Both the position numbers and the translations under genes were made by a program. The notes beneath the pieces were generated by a model. It ran no database searches. It was not told the DNA's origin and saw only the letters and a list, made by a program, of their open reading frames with translations. This document shows positions 46,811 to 56,210 of a stretch of 64,000 nt of DNA, piece by piece (the stretch's first letter is position 1; each line of letters starts with the position of its first letter). Source of the DNA: Chitinophagales bacterium (lineage in GTDB: Bacteria > Bacteroidota > Bacteroidia > Chitinophagales > UBA8649); assembly GCA_037624485.1 (NCBI GenBank), contig JASJJC010000015.1, forward strand, positions 3,326-67,325, written 5' to 3'.

Positions 46811-47941
46811 TTACAATCTAGTACTTACTTGCTTGACCATTTTATCTTTCCAACTTGAAAAGCTTCCTGCGATAATCTGCTTTCGTGCTTCTCCAACTAA
46901 CCACATGTAAAAACTCAAATTATGGATAGATGCAATTTGACCACCTAATCGTTCTCCGCTAATAAACAAATGGCGCAGATACGCTTTCGAGTGGAATTGA
47001 CTTGTACTAGAATCACTTTCCGTATCAATTGGACTAAAGTCATCCGCCCATTTTCTATTCTTGATATTTATGAATCCATGCTGTGTAAACAACATTCCGT
47101 TTCTTGCATTTCGGGTTGGCATAACACAATCAAACATATCTATTCCTAATGCTATATTTTCTAAGATATTTGCTGGCGTTCCAACCCCCATTAAATAGCG
47201 AGGTTTATCGCTTGGGAGAATCTCACAAACTACTTCTGTCATGGCGTACATTTCCTCTGCCGGTTCACCCACACTTAGTCCTCCAATAGCATTGCCTTTT
47301 CTATTTTTTCCGGCTATGTATTCAGCACTTTGAGCTCTTAAATCTTTATAAGTACTTCCTTGAACGATAGGAAACAATGTTTGTTCGTAATCATATATTC
47401 CAGTTGTTTCATCAAATCGTTGGGTACACCTATCTAGCCATCGATGCGTCATGTGCATAGAATCTTTAGCATACTTGTAGTCGCAAGGATAAGGTGTGCA
47501 TTCATCAAAAGCCATAATAATATCAGCACCGATAATTCGTTGAGTATCCATTACATTCTCAGGAGTAAACAAATGCCTAGATCCATCTATGTGGGATTGA
47601 AATTTCACTCCTTCCTCTTTAATTTTACGGGTTCCGGACAATGAATATACCTGATAACCTCCACTATCTGTCAAGATAGGCCTGTTCCATCCAATGAATT
47701 TGTGCAAGCCTCCAGCTTTTTTTATGATGTCTAATCCTGGTCTTAAATACAAATGATAGGTATTCCCTAATATGATTTGTGCCATGATTTGCTCTTCCAA
47801 TTCTTTAAAATGGACGGCTTTTACACTACCTATAGTTCCAACAGGCATGAAAATAGGTGTTTCAATAATTCCATGATCTGTTTGAATGGTGCACGCTCTT
47901 GCTTTTGAAAGTTTATCTTTGTGCTGCAAATTAAATTTCAT
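46811..47941 (-). CDS. tgt: tRNA-guanine transglycosylase (queuine tRNA-ribosyltransferase)
   Basis: SKARACTIQTDHGIIETPIFMPVGT, TDSGGYQV, GGLSVGE and LMGVGTP. Confidence 0.95.
   Translation of the reverse strand: MKFNLQHKDKLSKARACTIQTDHGIIETPIFMPVGTIGSVKAVHFKELEEQIMAQIILGNTYHLYLRPGLDIIKKAGGLHKFIGWNRPILTDSGGYQVYSLSGTRKIKEEGVKFQSHIDGSRHLFTPENVMDTQRIIGADIIMAFDECTPYPCDYKYAKDSMHMTHRWLDRCTQRFDETTGIYDYEQTLFPIVQGSTYKDLRAQSAEYIAGKNRKGNAIGGLSVGEPAEEMYAMTEVVCEILPSDKPRYLMGVGTPANILENIALGIDMFDCVMPTRNARNGMLFTQHGFINIKNRKWADDFSPIDTESDSSTSQFHSKAYLRHLFISGERLGGQIASIHNLSFYMWLVGEARKQIIAGSFSSWKDKMVKQVSTRL
47914..47921 (+). promoter_or_regulatory. Candidate -7 box for the GT2 gene, embedded antisense in the first codons of tgt
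   Basis: TATCTTTG lies 19 nt upstream of the ATG at 47940, inside the tgt coding sequence. Confidence 0.35.
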
Positions 47942-49037
47942 GCCTATATCTTTGTTCGTTTTTACGCTAATATTACTGTTTGGGCTGCTAAGTTATTATT
48001 TAATATTTAGTTGTTTAACCCTTCCACAAGAACTTCCTAAACAAAAAGTTTTCATATCGGGAGTATCTATCATAATATGTGCAAAGAATGAACTTGAAAA
48101 CTTACGGCAGAATATTCCTGCATGGTTAAATCAGCAGCAGGTTGAGTTTGAGTTGATCATAGTAAACCATCAGTCCACTGATGGTTCTAAAGCATATTTA
48201 GATGAGTTAAAAAAGCAAGAAGATAGACTAAGAGTTGTGCATATTGAGAGCGATCAAACGAGCGTGTTAAAAGGGAAAAGGTTTCCTTTATCTGTTGGAG
48301 TTGAAAATGCTCAATATGATTACTTAGTTTTGAGCGATGCAGATTGCTATCCAAATAGCCTCAATCATTTATTTCAAATAACAAAGCCATTAGCAAGAGG
48401 CAAAGACATCGTACTGGGATATAGTCCTTATGAAAGCCGTCCAGGATTCGTTAATCGTTTAGTGCATTATGAAACAACAATTACAGCACTTTTATATCTT
48501 TCTTTTGCGCGGATAGGACTTCCATATATGGGGGTTGGACGGAATTTGGCCTATAAAAAGTCCTTGTTAAGTAAAGATGTTTTTGATGAAAGCAACTCGA
48601 CTCTTGGTGGAGATGATGATCTAATTATTGGTAAAATTGCCAATAAGAAAAATACTGCGATTAGCATACATCCAGAGACCTTGGTTTACTCGTATCCTCC
48701 GGAAAATTTCTCGCAATGGATAAAGCAAAAACAGCGTCACTACAGTACTGCTCGGCATTATGATTACTTCAAAATATTATTAATAGGGGGATTTGCCGGA
48801 TTTAACTTTCTTTTCTACATTTCCTTGTTAATTCTGCTTACCAAAATAAATCCTTTAATTGTTTTAGGTTTATATTTGTCTAAGTTATTTCTGTTTATTA
48901 TGTTTAACTACAGAAATTTAAAGGTGCTCAAAATGCTTGAATTAATTCCTCGAGTAATCTATCTAGATATTGTTTGGATCATTTTTTTAGTTTATAATCA
49001 TTTAAAAGCACTAAAAGCAAATAATGGCTGGAGCTGA
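47940..49037 (+). CDS. Glycosyltransferase family 2, membrane-anchored
   Basis: N-terminal TM segment MPISLFVFTLILLFGLLSYYLIF, then VSIIICAKNE and SDADC (DxD-type), plus C-terminal TM segments. Start at ATG 47940, or alternatively TTG 47952. The ORF-track start at 47886 lies inside tgt. Confidence 0.75.
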   Translation: MPISLFVFTLILLFGLLSYYLIFSCLTLPQELPKQKVFISGVSIIICAKNELENLRQNIPAWLNQQQVEFELIIVNHQSTDGSKAYLDELKKQEDRLRVVHIESDQTSVLKGKRFPLSVGVENAQYDYLVLSDADCYPNSLNHLFQITKPLARGKDIVLGYSPYESRPGFVNRLVHYETTITALLYLSFARIGLPYMGVGRNLAYKKSLLSKDVFDESNSTLGGDDDLIIGKIANKKNTAISIHPETLVYSYPPENFSQWIKQKQRHYSTARHYDYFKILLIGGFAGFNFLFYISLLILLTKINPLIVLGLYLSKLFLFIMFNYRNLKVLKMLELIPRVIYLDIVWIIFLVYNHLKALKANNGWS

Positions 49038-49629
49038 TCAAAAAGTTATTGATTTATATCTCGTGGATAGAATTCTTACGAGAAATGATCAGTTAGCTTA
49101 TGCTACTTTAATGAATAAGTATAAAAAGGCGGTTTACTTTACTGTTCTTAAAATGGTTAGCAACAAAGATGATGCAGAGGATTTAACTATGCAGGCATTC
49201 ACCAAAGCCTTTAAAAGTTTAGATAAATACGATAATAGTTATGCATTTTCTACCTGGTTATTTCGTATTGCTAGTAATAGTGCCATCGACCATCTACGTA
49301 AACGTAGATTGGCTACTACATCGTTGGATGTCAGTATATATGATGATGATGGGGACGGCGGAGCACAGATAAGTTCAACATTAGTAGATGCGCACGCTGA
49401 TCCTGAAACCACCATGCTAAAAGGTCAACGAAGTGTCATCATGCGTGAGGTTATAAACACCTTGGATGATAAATACAAAGAATTGATTCATCTCTACTAC
49501 TTTGAAGAGTTGAAATATGAAGAAATATCTAAGAAGCTTAACTTACCGCTTGGGACAGTCAAAGTTAGATTGAGAAGAGCAAAGGATTTTTTAGCGAAGC
49601 TTTTAGAAGGTCATAAAGATAAATACTAA
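49024..49629 (+). CDS. ECF-type sigma-70 family RNA polymerase sigma factor
   Basis: Region 2 DAEDLTMQAFTKAF...FSTWLFRIASNSAIDHLRKRR. Region 4 YEEISKKLNLPLGTVKVRLRRAK. Overlaps the GT2 stop by 14 nt. Confidence 0.8.
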   Translation: MAGADQKVIDLYLVDRILTRNDQLAYATLMNKYKKAVYFTVLKMVSNKDDAEDLTMQAFTKAFKSLDKYDNSYAFSTWLFRIASNSAIDHLRKRRLATTSLDVSIYDDDGDGGAQISSTLVDAHADPETTMLKGQRSVIMREVINTLDDKYKELIHLYYFEELKYEEISKKLNLPLGTVKVRLRRAKDFLAKLLEGHKDKY

Positions 49630-49631
49630 GG

Positions 49632-50231
49632 ATGTTGGAAAGTCATTTCCCTGAACTCAGCGCAAAGCAATTGGAGCAATTCAAGATTTTAGGACAGCTC
49701 ATTCGAGAATGGAACGAAAAAATCAATGTTATATCCAGAAAGGATATAGATGCTTTTGAGACCAATCATCTCTTGCATTCTCTTGCTATTACAAAATTCA
49801 AGCGTTTCGGACGAGATAAACGGGTTTTGGATATTGGAACCGGGGGAGGATTTCCTGGGATCCCACTAGCTATTTACTACCCTAAATGTAAGTTTCACTT
49901 AGTGGATAGTATAGGTAAAAAAATTAAAGTAGTGAATGAAATTGTTCAAGCCTTGGCTTTAGATAATGTACTTGCCGAGCAAAGACGGGTTGAAGAATTA
50001 ACGGGAAGTTATCATTATATCGTTTCCAGAGCCGTTGCTCCTAGCAAGAAGCTATTGGATTGGTCGAAAAAATTGAAGGATCCAAGAGGCGCTGAATACT
50101 TCTTTTTGAAGGGGGGAGATTTAGATGAAGAGTTAAAAGAAATTGGTTACCAGGCAAAAGTTCAAAAAATATCTCAGTATTTTAAGGATGATTTTTTTGA
50201 AACCAAAAAAATTGTCTACATCAAAAGTTGA
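49632..50231 (+). CDS. rsmG: 16S rRNA (guanine527-N7)-methyltransferase RsmG
   Basis: W.EKINVISRKD...HLLHSL and VLDIGTGGGFPGIPLAI. Confidence 0.9.
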   Translation: MLESHFPELSAKQLEQFKILGQLIREWNEKINVISRKDIDAFETNHLLHSLAITKFKRFGRDKRVLDIGTGGGFPGIPLAIYYPKCKFHLVDSIGKKIKVVNEIVQALALDNVLAEQRRVEELTGSYHYIVSRAVAPSKKLLDWSKKLKDPRGAEYFFLKGGDLDEELKEIGYQAKVQKISQYFKDDFFETKKIVYIKS

Positions 50232-50301
50232 GCATGAATAGGTTAAATTTATTTACTCAATTTTCAATATTGAATTATTTTTACAAATTATAACTATATC
50301 A

Positions 50302-51483
50302 ATGGGATCTAAACCAACTAAGATTTCTTTCACAAATACGAATATTGCTTATGCGCACTATTCAAATCGTAAGCTAAAAAAGGCATTTGGGGTATTTCAG
50401 TTAATTGGAAATTCTTTCTTAACCAATATTGGTACAACTTTGACCAAGATTGCGATTGCCATTCATTTCCCAATTAAACCCTTCCTTAAACCTATTATTT
50501 TCGAACAATTCTGCGGCGGAGAGAGCCTTAAGGAATGTATTCCAACAATTAATTTATTGCAACAACGAAAAGTTGATGTTAGCTTAAATTATGGTGTGGA
50601 GATCAAAAATTCGGAGCGAGATTTTGAGCTTACATTGAGCAAAACAAAAGGAGCTATTGAATTTGCTAGTCGCAAGCAGAGCACGAATGTTGTGTGCAGT
50701 AAAGTTTCCAGTATTGGCTATTTCGATATTCTCCATAAGAGACAAGAAGGGGAAGAGTTAACCAGTAAAGAGGAGCGAGCATTCTTAGGAATGAAAACCA
50801 GAATGCATGAAATTTGCTCATATGCACATGAGCACAAGGTAGCTGTTTACTGGGATGCCGAGGAAAGTTGGGTGCAGGATGAGATCGATATTTTAGTGGA
50901 GGAGTTTATGGCTGAGTTTAATAAAGAAACTGCCATTGTGTTTAATACTTACCAGTTATATCGTTCAGATAAATTGTCTTGCCTCAAAAAAGCTATTGAA
51001 GTAGCAAAAAAAGAAGGTTATGTTTTAGGAGTAAAATTAGTTCGAGGTGCCTACATAGAAAAAGAAAATGAATGGGCAGAAGACCACGAAATACCTTCTG
51101 TTATTCATGAGTCCAAAGAAGCAGTTGATAAAGACTATAATGATGGCATGAGAATTTGTCTAGAAAATGTAGAAAGTGTTTCAGTGTGCATTGCTTCTCA
51201 TAATGAGTATAGTAATCAGTTAGCTACATCAATAATGAATGAATTGGAGATTGCACACAATCATCAGAATGTAGTGTTTTCACAACTCTATGGCATGGGT
51301 GATTTTATATCCTTCAATCTTGCTGATAAGGGATATAATTCTTGCAAATATTTACCCTATGGACCGGTGAGAGAAGTTATTCCTTACCTAATGCGCCGTG
51401 CACAAGAAAATTCAAGCGTAGATGGACAAATGAGCAGAGAATTAACCATGCTGAAGAAAGAAATAAAAAGAAGGGGAATCTAG
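50302..51483 (+). CDS. Proline dehydrogenase family protein
   Basis: FEQFCGGES, KLVRGAY and QLYGMGD; about 390 aa, the monofunctional PRODH size. Confidence 0.8.
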   Translation: MGSKPTKISFTNTNIAYAHYSNRKLKKAFGVFQLIGNSFLTNIGTTLTKIAIAIHFPIKPFLKPIIFEQFCGGESLKECIPTINLLQQRKVDVSLNYGVEIKNSERDFELTLSKTKGAIEFASRKQSTNVVCSKVSSIGYFDILHKRQEGEELTSKEERAFLGMKTRMHEICSYAHEHKVAVYWDAEESWVQDEIDILVEEFMAEFNKETAIVFNTYQLYRSDKLSCLKKAIEVAKKEGYVLGVKLVRGAYIEKENEWAEDHEIPSVIHESKEAVDKDYNDGMRICLENVESVSVCIASHNEYSNQLATSIMNELEIAHNHQNVVFSQLYGMGDFISFNLADKGYNSCKYLPYGPVREVIPYLMRRAQENSSVDGQMSRELTMLKKEIKRRGI

Positions 51484-51485
51484 AT

Positions 51486-52355
51486 TTGTCTAAAACTAAG
51501 CTATATATATCTCCTACTAACAATCCCTTCGAAAATTTAGCATTAGAGGAATGGGCCTTGCAAAACTTCAACACTCAAGATTCGAATTTATTAATTCTAT
51601 ATGTCAATGAGCCTTGTGTGGTCGTAGGTCGAAATCAAAACATCTTTGAGGAAGTTAATGTGCGATATTGTTCGGAGAATCAAATTGAGATAACACGAAG
51701 GATTAGTGGGGGAGGGACGGTTTTCCATGACCTAGGCAATCTTAATTGGACGCATATTACTTCATTTGACAGCAAAAAAGTAAACAGCTATGATTGGGCG
51801 GCAAAACCGATTATTGACGCGCTCAAAGGATTTAACTTAGATGCATATCTAACGGATAGAAATGCTATTGAAATATCCGGCTTAAAAGTCTCCGGACAAG
51901 CTCAATTTACCAATAGGAAAAACATATTAAGTCACGGCACCTTGCTTATTGATTCGGAATTAGTGAAATTACAGCGTGCTATAGAGGTAAACCCTGGAGT
52001 TGAAATTCAATCGAAAGCATCTCCATCGCATAGAAGTCAAACTGTAAATTTATCTAAACTACTCAATCGACCAATCACTCCATCAATAGTTGTGGAAGCA
52101 ATTAGAGATAAAGCTAAAATTGAAAGTATTGATCATTTGCCAGCCGAGTTAAGCGTAAATAAATTTAAAAGTTATGCATGGATTTATGAACGTTCACCTA
52201 AGTTTATAGCTCATCATGAAATTGCTGGTGAAAAACTATTGCTGCAAGTAGAAAAAGCGACTATCAAAGCTATAAAAGACGAAAAGGGTCATCTTTTACA
52301 AGATCACCCTTTCCTAAATCAAACTTACAAAAAGTTCTTAAATCACTATTCTTGA
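51486..52355 (+). CDS. lplA: Lipoate-protein ligase family protein
   Basis: TTG at 51486 gives MSKTKLYISPTNNPFENLALEEWAL (compare E. coli LplA N-terminus ...LLISDSYDPWFNLAVEE). RRISGGGTVFHDLGN and KVSGQAQ. The ORF-track start at 51342 overlaps the PRODH gene and is not credible. Confidence 0.8.
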   Translation: MSKTKLYISPTNNPFENLALEEWALQNFNTQDSNLLILYVNEPCVVVGRNQNIFEEVNVRYCSENQIEITRRISGGGTVFHDLGNLNWTHITSFDSKKVNSYDWAAKPIIDALKGFNLDAYLTDRNAIEISGLKVSGQAQFTNRKNILSHGTLLIDSELVKLQRAIEVNPGVEIQSKASPSHRSQTVNLSKLLNRPITPSIVVEAIRDKAKIESIDHLPAELSVNKFKSYAWIYERSPKFIAHHEIAGEKLLLQVEKATIKAIKDEKGHLLQDHPFLNQTYKKFLNHYS

Positions 52356-52966
52356 TTAAAGGCTGTTCCTGAACCTTCAAGGATGTGATCGTATGGCATT
52401 CTGCTTCCATCAACATATTTGGTGACAAAAGCATCTTTAATTTTTAGTTTTCGAATGGCTTGAGCAAATTCATCAGCATCATTTGCGCTACTCCAACTAC
52501 CCATGTAGTAGTGAATAACTTCATCCACTTTCTCAAATCCTATGGGTTGATTTAACTCAAGTAATTGCGTAAAATCAAAATAACGATATGCTCCTAATTG
52601 CACTCTGTAATCAGTTCCTTCAGCTGGAAACATACCTCCAGTTCCCATAGCATTGTTTAGCCCATTATTTGAATCGGCACCTGCTTGTTTAGCTTGCATT
52701 TTCTGGAGACTATCGTTATATTGTCTACTTAAATAATCTGCTTTATAGAAATCTTCTTCCAGTTCAGCAACCTGATTCTCATAGTCACTGATTTGCTTTT
52801 TATAGCGCTTTATCATTGTTCGATATGACTCAGGATCTTTCTTGAACGCTTTCAGTGTGGATTTTGTCTTCTTATCCATTTCTTTTTGAGAGTTTTGGGC
52901 ATGCGAGGAAGAGATAAAAGCAAAAACGACAAATGCTGTAATACAAATATTTAGAATGTTTTTCAT
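52346..52966 (-). CDS. Secreted coiled-coil protein with a SPOR-like C-terminal domain
   Basis: Signal peptide (SSSHAQN), a Lys/Glu-rich helical segment, and a C-terminal YRVQLGAYRYFD...A..FAQAIRKL.IKDAFV that resembles a SPOR repeat. Weak assignment. Confidence 0.4.
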   Translation of the reverse strand: MKNILNICITAFVVFAFISSSHAQNSQKEMDKKTKSTLKAFKKDPESYRTMIKRYKKQISDYENQVAELEEDFYKADYLSRQYNDSLQKMQAKQAGADSNNGLNNAMGTGGMFPAEGTDYRVQLGAYRYFDFTQLLELNQPIGFEKVDEVIHYYMGSWSSANDADEFAQAIRKLKIKDAFVTKYVDGSRMPYDHILEGSGTAFNQE

Positions 52967-53115
52967 GTTCTTTAATTATTTATAACAAACATAATAGCAT
53001 TCGTTCATTAGCAGAAATAGATAATTGTTGACAATTAGAATTAGGTACAATTTAATAGACAATTTAAATTGTTTATTTCCTGCAAGTAGTTTAACTTTAC
53101 CTCAAACAAACACCC

Positions 53116-53589
53116 ATGAAAACTGCTCAAGAATGGTTTGATGCTTACGGTGAAAGTCATCAAAATGGCACAAATAAATTGATTCACTGGATATGTATAC
53201 CACTTATTATATTTAGTCTTTTTGGACTGCTAATGGCGATACCTTTTCCTGAAAGTCTTTTTGGACTTTATTTTAATGCGGCGGGATTCGTTCTTTTTCT
53301 TTCATTAGTGTTTTACTTGCGATTATCTTTTAGTTTGTTCTTAGGGTTTTTCATAGTTGGAAGTTTACTTTTGTTTGTCAACTACAAATTATTCCAAGCT
53401 ATTGGCATGGACAATGGTGAGATGGCACTTATCTCTTTAGGGATTTTCGTACTTGCTTGGATTGGCCAATTTGTAGGCCATAAAATTGAAGGTGCTAAAC
53501 CATCATTTTTCGAAGACCTTCAATTTCTCATGATCGGACCAGCTTGGCTCTTACAATTTATTTACAAGAAATTCGGTGTAAAAATTTGA
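53116..53589 (+). CDS. DUF962 (Mpo1/YGL010w-like) membrane protein
   Basis: YGESHQNGTNKLIHWICIPLI...GQFVGHKIEGAKPSFFEDL.FL.IGP. Confidence 0.6.
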   Translation: MKTAQEWFDAYGESHQNGTNKLIHWICIPLIIFSLFGLLMAIPFPESLFGLYFNAAGFVLFLSLVFYLRLSFSLFLGFFIVGSLLLFVNYKLFQAIGMDNGEMALISLGIFVLAWIGQFVGHKIEGAKPSFFEDLQFLMIGPAWLLQFIYKKFGVKI

Positions 53590-53630
53590 ATTTGGCATAA
53601 ATATTGCCATTCCTAAACAAACCTATATTA

Positions 53631-54464
53631 ATGAAAAAAGTAGTATTGCTATGTCTTATTTCTCTGTTTTTAATGCAGGTTCAAGCGCAGTCCGTCGCAT
53701 CTATTGTGAATCAGATGATAAGTACATTAAGTGTTGGGAAAACGTATCAATATACCATGACTCAAGTTGAACGAATTGACGGAGAAATTCATACGAATAA
53801 AATCTTTACTAAAATTCAAGAATCGCCAAAAAAAGTTTTTATAGATAATGTGGAAGGCGCAAACAAAGGAGTGCAGGTGCTTTACGTTCAAGGAGAAAGG
53901 GATAATAAAGCACTCGTTAATAAATTGTTTGGTATCAAGTTGAGCCCATTCAATAGTTTAATTCGTAAAAATCAACATCATACAGTACTCGAGAGTGGAT
54001 TTGGCTTATTGATAAGCTCTATCCAAAATGCTAAGAAGAGAGCGGAAGATCAAAATGTATTTGATGAAGTGTTTAAACTTGAAGGCAGTGTAACGTTTAA
54101 CGGGAAGTCTTGCTATAAGGTGGTGTTAAATGATCCAACTTTTACCTATCAGGATTATACCATAAAGAATGGCGAAAGTCTTTACAGTATAGCTATGAAG
54201 CATAAAGTAAGCGAGCAATTAATCGTTGAGAAAAATGATTTTGGAGGTTTTGGAGCAGGTAAAATTGGAAGTACAATAAAGATACCTAGTTCATATGCCA
54301 AAAAGACAATACTGTATATAGATAAGTCCAATATGCACCCAATATATCAAGAGATGCATGATGAGAAAGGCATATTTGAAAAATATAGTTTTTCAAATTT
54401 AAAAGTAAATCCTAGTTTTACTTCAAATGACTTCTCTGAGGATAATTCTATCTACAATTTTTAG
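53631..54464 (+). CDS. Secreted protein with a LolA-like/DUF1571-like body and an inserted LysM domain
   Basis: Start at ATG 53631 (MKKVVLLCLISLFLMQVQAQS). LysM pattern YTIKNGESLYSIAMKHKVSEQLIVEKN......GSTIKIP. Confidence 0.6.
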   Translation: MKKVVLLCLISLFLMQVQAQSVASIVNQMISTLSVGKTYQYTMTQVERIDGEIHTNKIFTKIQESPKKVFIDNVEGANKGVQVLYVQGERDNKALVNKLFGIKLSPFNSLIRKNQHHTVLESGFGLLISSIQNAKKRAEDQNVFDEVFKLEGSVTFNGKSCYKVVLNDPTFTYQDYTIKNGESLYSIAMKHKVSEQLIVEKNDFGGFGAGKIGSTIKIPSSYAKKTILYIDKSNMHPIYQEMHDEKGIFEKYSFSNLKVNPSFTSNDFSEDNSIYNF

Positions 54465-54620
54465 TCTTGATTAGGGAGCTTTATTTAGACATACTAAATA
54501 TTGATGGAAATATACAGCAGAAATTGCGGATATCATCAGTCAAATTTCGCTTAGAGGATTTCGGGAGACCTTGTCAAACTAAGACTCTCAGACGCATGAT
54601 TTTCTTATAAAAAATTTGAT

Positions 54621-56207
54621 TTAGATTTCGAATACTTTCAAGCTTTGCTCAAAGGGGTTAAAGCTTTCAAGTAATTTTTCAAAGTAAGCATCCTTATTCT
54701 TTAAGTATATAGGGATAAAGTTGTCAAAGCGCTCTTGCAGGATCTTGTTAGGAAGCAATTTATTTTGAATATTCTCCAATTGATTTAACTGCTGTTCAAA
54801 GTTTCTTTTTTCTGCTCGGATCAATTTACTTTCTATATTGGACAATGCATTGAGCACTTTTTGTTTTTCGGCATCAACACTTCTATCCATATTTCTATCT
54901 ATTTTAGTAGCCTTACTTTTAATTAGGCTAAAAATTGCATTGATGGATTCTGTCTCGCTAGCTAGACTCAGCTCATTCTGACTTTCTTGTGCAATAAAGT
55001 TTTTAGCAATTTGGTCGTAATGCGTAAATAAATCTGAAACTTCAATTCCCCAATCCTTTATTTTTTGTAAATGACTCGAATTCATCATGACTGCCATGTC
55101 ACGCAATAGAATTAAAGGCTGACTCACCTTGAAAAAGTCAAACACATTTTTTAACTGCAGCCAATAAGCTATTTCTCCTGGCCCTCCAATAAATGCAACA
55201 TTTGGCAGAATGGTTTCCTGATAAATAGGTCGTAAAAAAACATTTGGACTAAAGCGTTCAGGGTGTTCTTTTAGCTCATTGAGCATTTCCTCCTCGGTAA
55301 AAATAAGCGGTGTATTTACGACTACAAAATCATCCCCCTTACGCTCAATACGCGCTCGTATTTGATCCTTTAGATAGAATAAGTTTAAGTCTCTTGAGTT
55401 GGCTTGGACATGATAGGTTTTATCCAGAAATGCCTCATTATTTTTCAAGTTCTTTTGAACGACTCCATCAAGTAATTCTGCTTTTATAATAGGCTGAATG
55501 AGTCGTTTAAGCTGCGCATCATCCTGATCAATAACCAATAAACCATAGCTTTTGAATAAATCAAGTATCCAGGCTTGAAATGCTTTTCCGTAACTGCCAT
55601 CGCCTGAAAAGAATTGTTTAAGATCGCTTATAAACTTTTCTCCATGATCAAGGCTCGCTATCAAATCACTAAGTTTATCAATACTTAAGTTGATACCTTT
55701 TAAGCTGTGCCTGCCTACTGCACCCTTTTCGTCATTTTCCCAAGTTATGGGTTTGCCGTAAAGCACCGCTTTACTAATTTCTTCAAAGTCATGATCTTCA
55801 CTTCCCATCCAATATACTGGAACGAAATTATGTTGAGGGAATTGAGCTTTTAGTTCTTGACTCAATTTAATCGCACTTAAAATTTTAAAGATGAAATAGC
55901 TTGGTCCAGTAAACAAACACAATTGATGAGCTGCGCATACGCTATATGTATTCTCTTCTTTTAATGCTTCAATATTTTGTTGAGTTTGAGCGGACAAATC
56001 CAAGTCACTGTATTGATTGTATAAAGCGTTAACTAAAACTTCTCGATTGCTGAAGGATTTTTTGGCGTCTATGGCCGCTTGGATACTGGCCATTTCAGGT
56101 TTGTAAGTGTACAAACGCTCAAGTGCTGACTTACCCATAAGGTATTCATTGACCAAGGGATTTAATATCCCTAATTCTTGAAGTTTTAAGCCTTGATATA
56201 GTTTCAT
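54621..56207 (-). CDS. bshC: Bacillithiol biosynthesis cysteine-adding enzyme BshC
   Basis: AAHQLCLFTGPSYFIFKILSAIKL and FVPVYWMGSEDHDFEEI, with a C-terminal coiled coil; 528 aa. Confidence 0.8.
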   Translation of the reverse strand: MKLYQGLKLQELGILNPLVNEYLMGKSALERLYTYKPEMASIQAAIDAKKSFSNREVLVNALYNQYSDLDLSAQTQQNIEALKEENTYSVCAAHQLCLFTGPSYFIFKILSAIKLSQELKAQFPQHNFVPVYWMGSEDHDFEEISKAVLYGKPITWENDEKGAVGRHSLKGINLSIDKLSDLIASLDHGEKFISDLKQFFSGDGSYGKAFQAWILDLFKSYGLLVIDQDDAQLKRLIQPIIKAELLDGVVQKNLKNNEAFLDKTYHVQANSRDLNLFYLKDQIRARIERKGDDFVVVNTPLIFTEEEMLNELKEHPERFSPNVFLRPIYQETILPNVAFIGGPGEIAYWLQLKNVFDFFKVSQPLILLRDMAVMMNSSHLQKIKDWGIEVSDLFTHYDQIAKNFIAQESQNELSLASETESINAIFSLIKSKATKIDRNMDRSVDAEKQKVLNALSNIESKLIRAEKRNFEQQLNQLENIQNKLLPNKILQERFDNFIPIYLKNKDAYFEKLLESFNPFEQSLKVFEI

Positions 56208-56210
56208 GAA

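Noticed and set aside
51342-51485. N-terminal 48 codons of the ORF-track lplA model, overlapping the proline dehydrogenase gene
   Set aside because: The overlap region encodes no LplA-like sequence. TTG at 51486 gives a canonical LplA N-terminus immediately after the upstream stop.
54465-54620. 156-bp convergent intergenic region between the LysM gene and bshC, examined for terminators or an ncRNA
   Set aside because: No convincing stem-loop or conserved RNA motif was found by eye.
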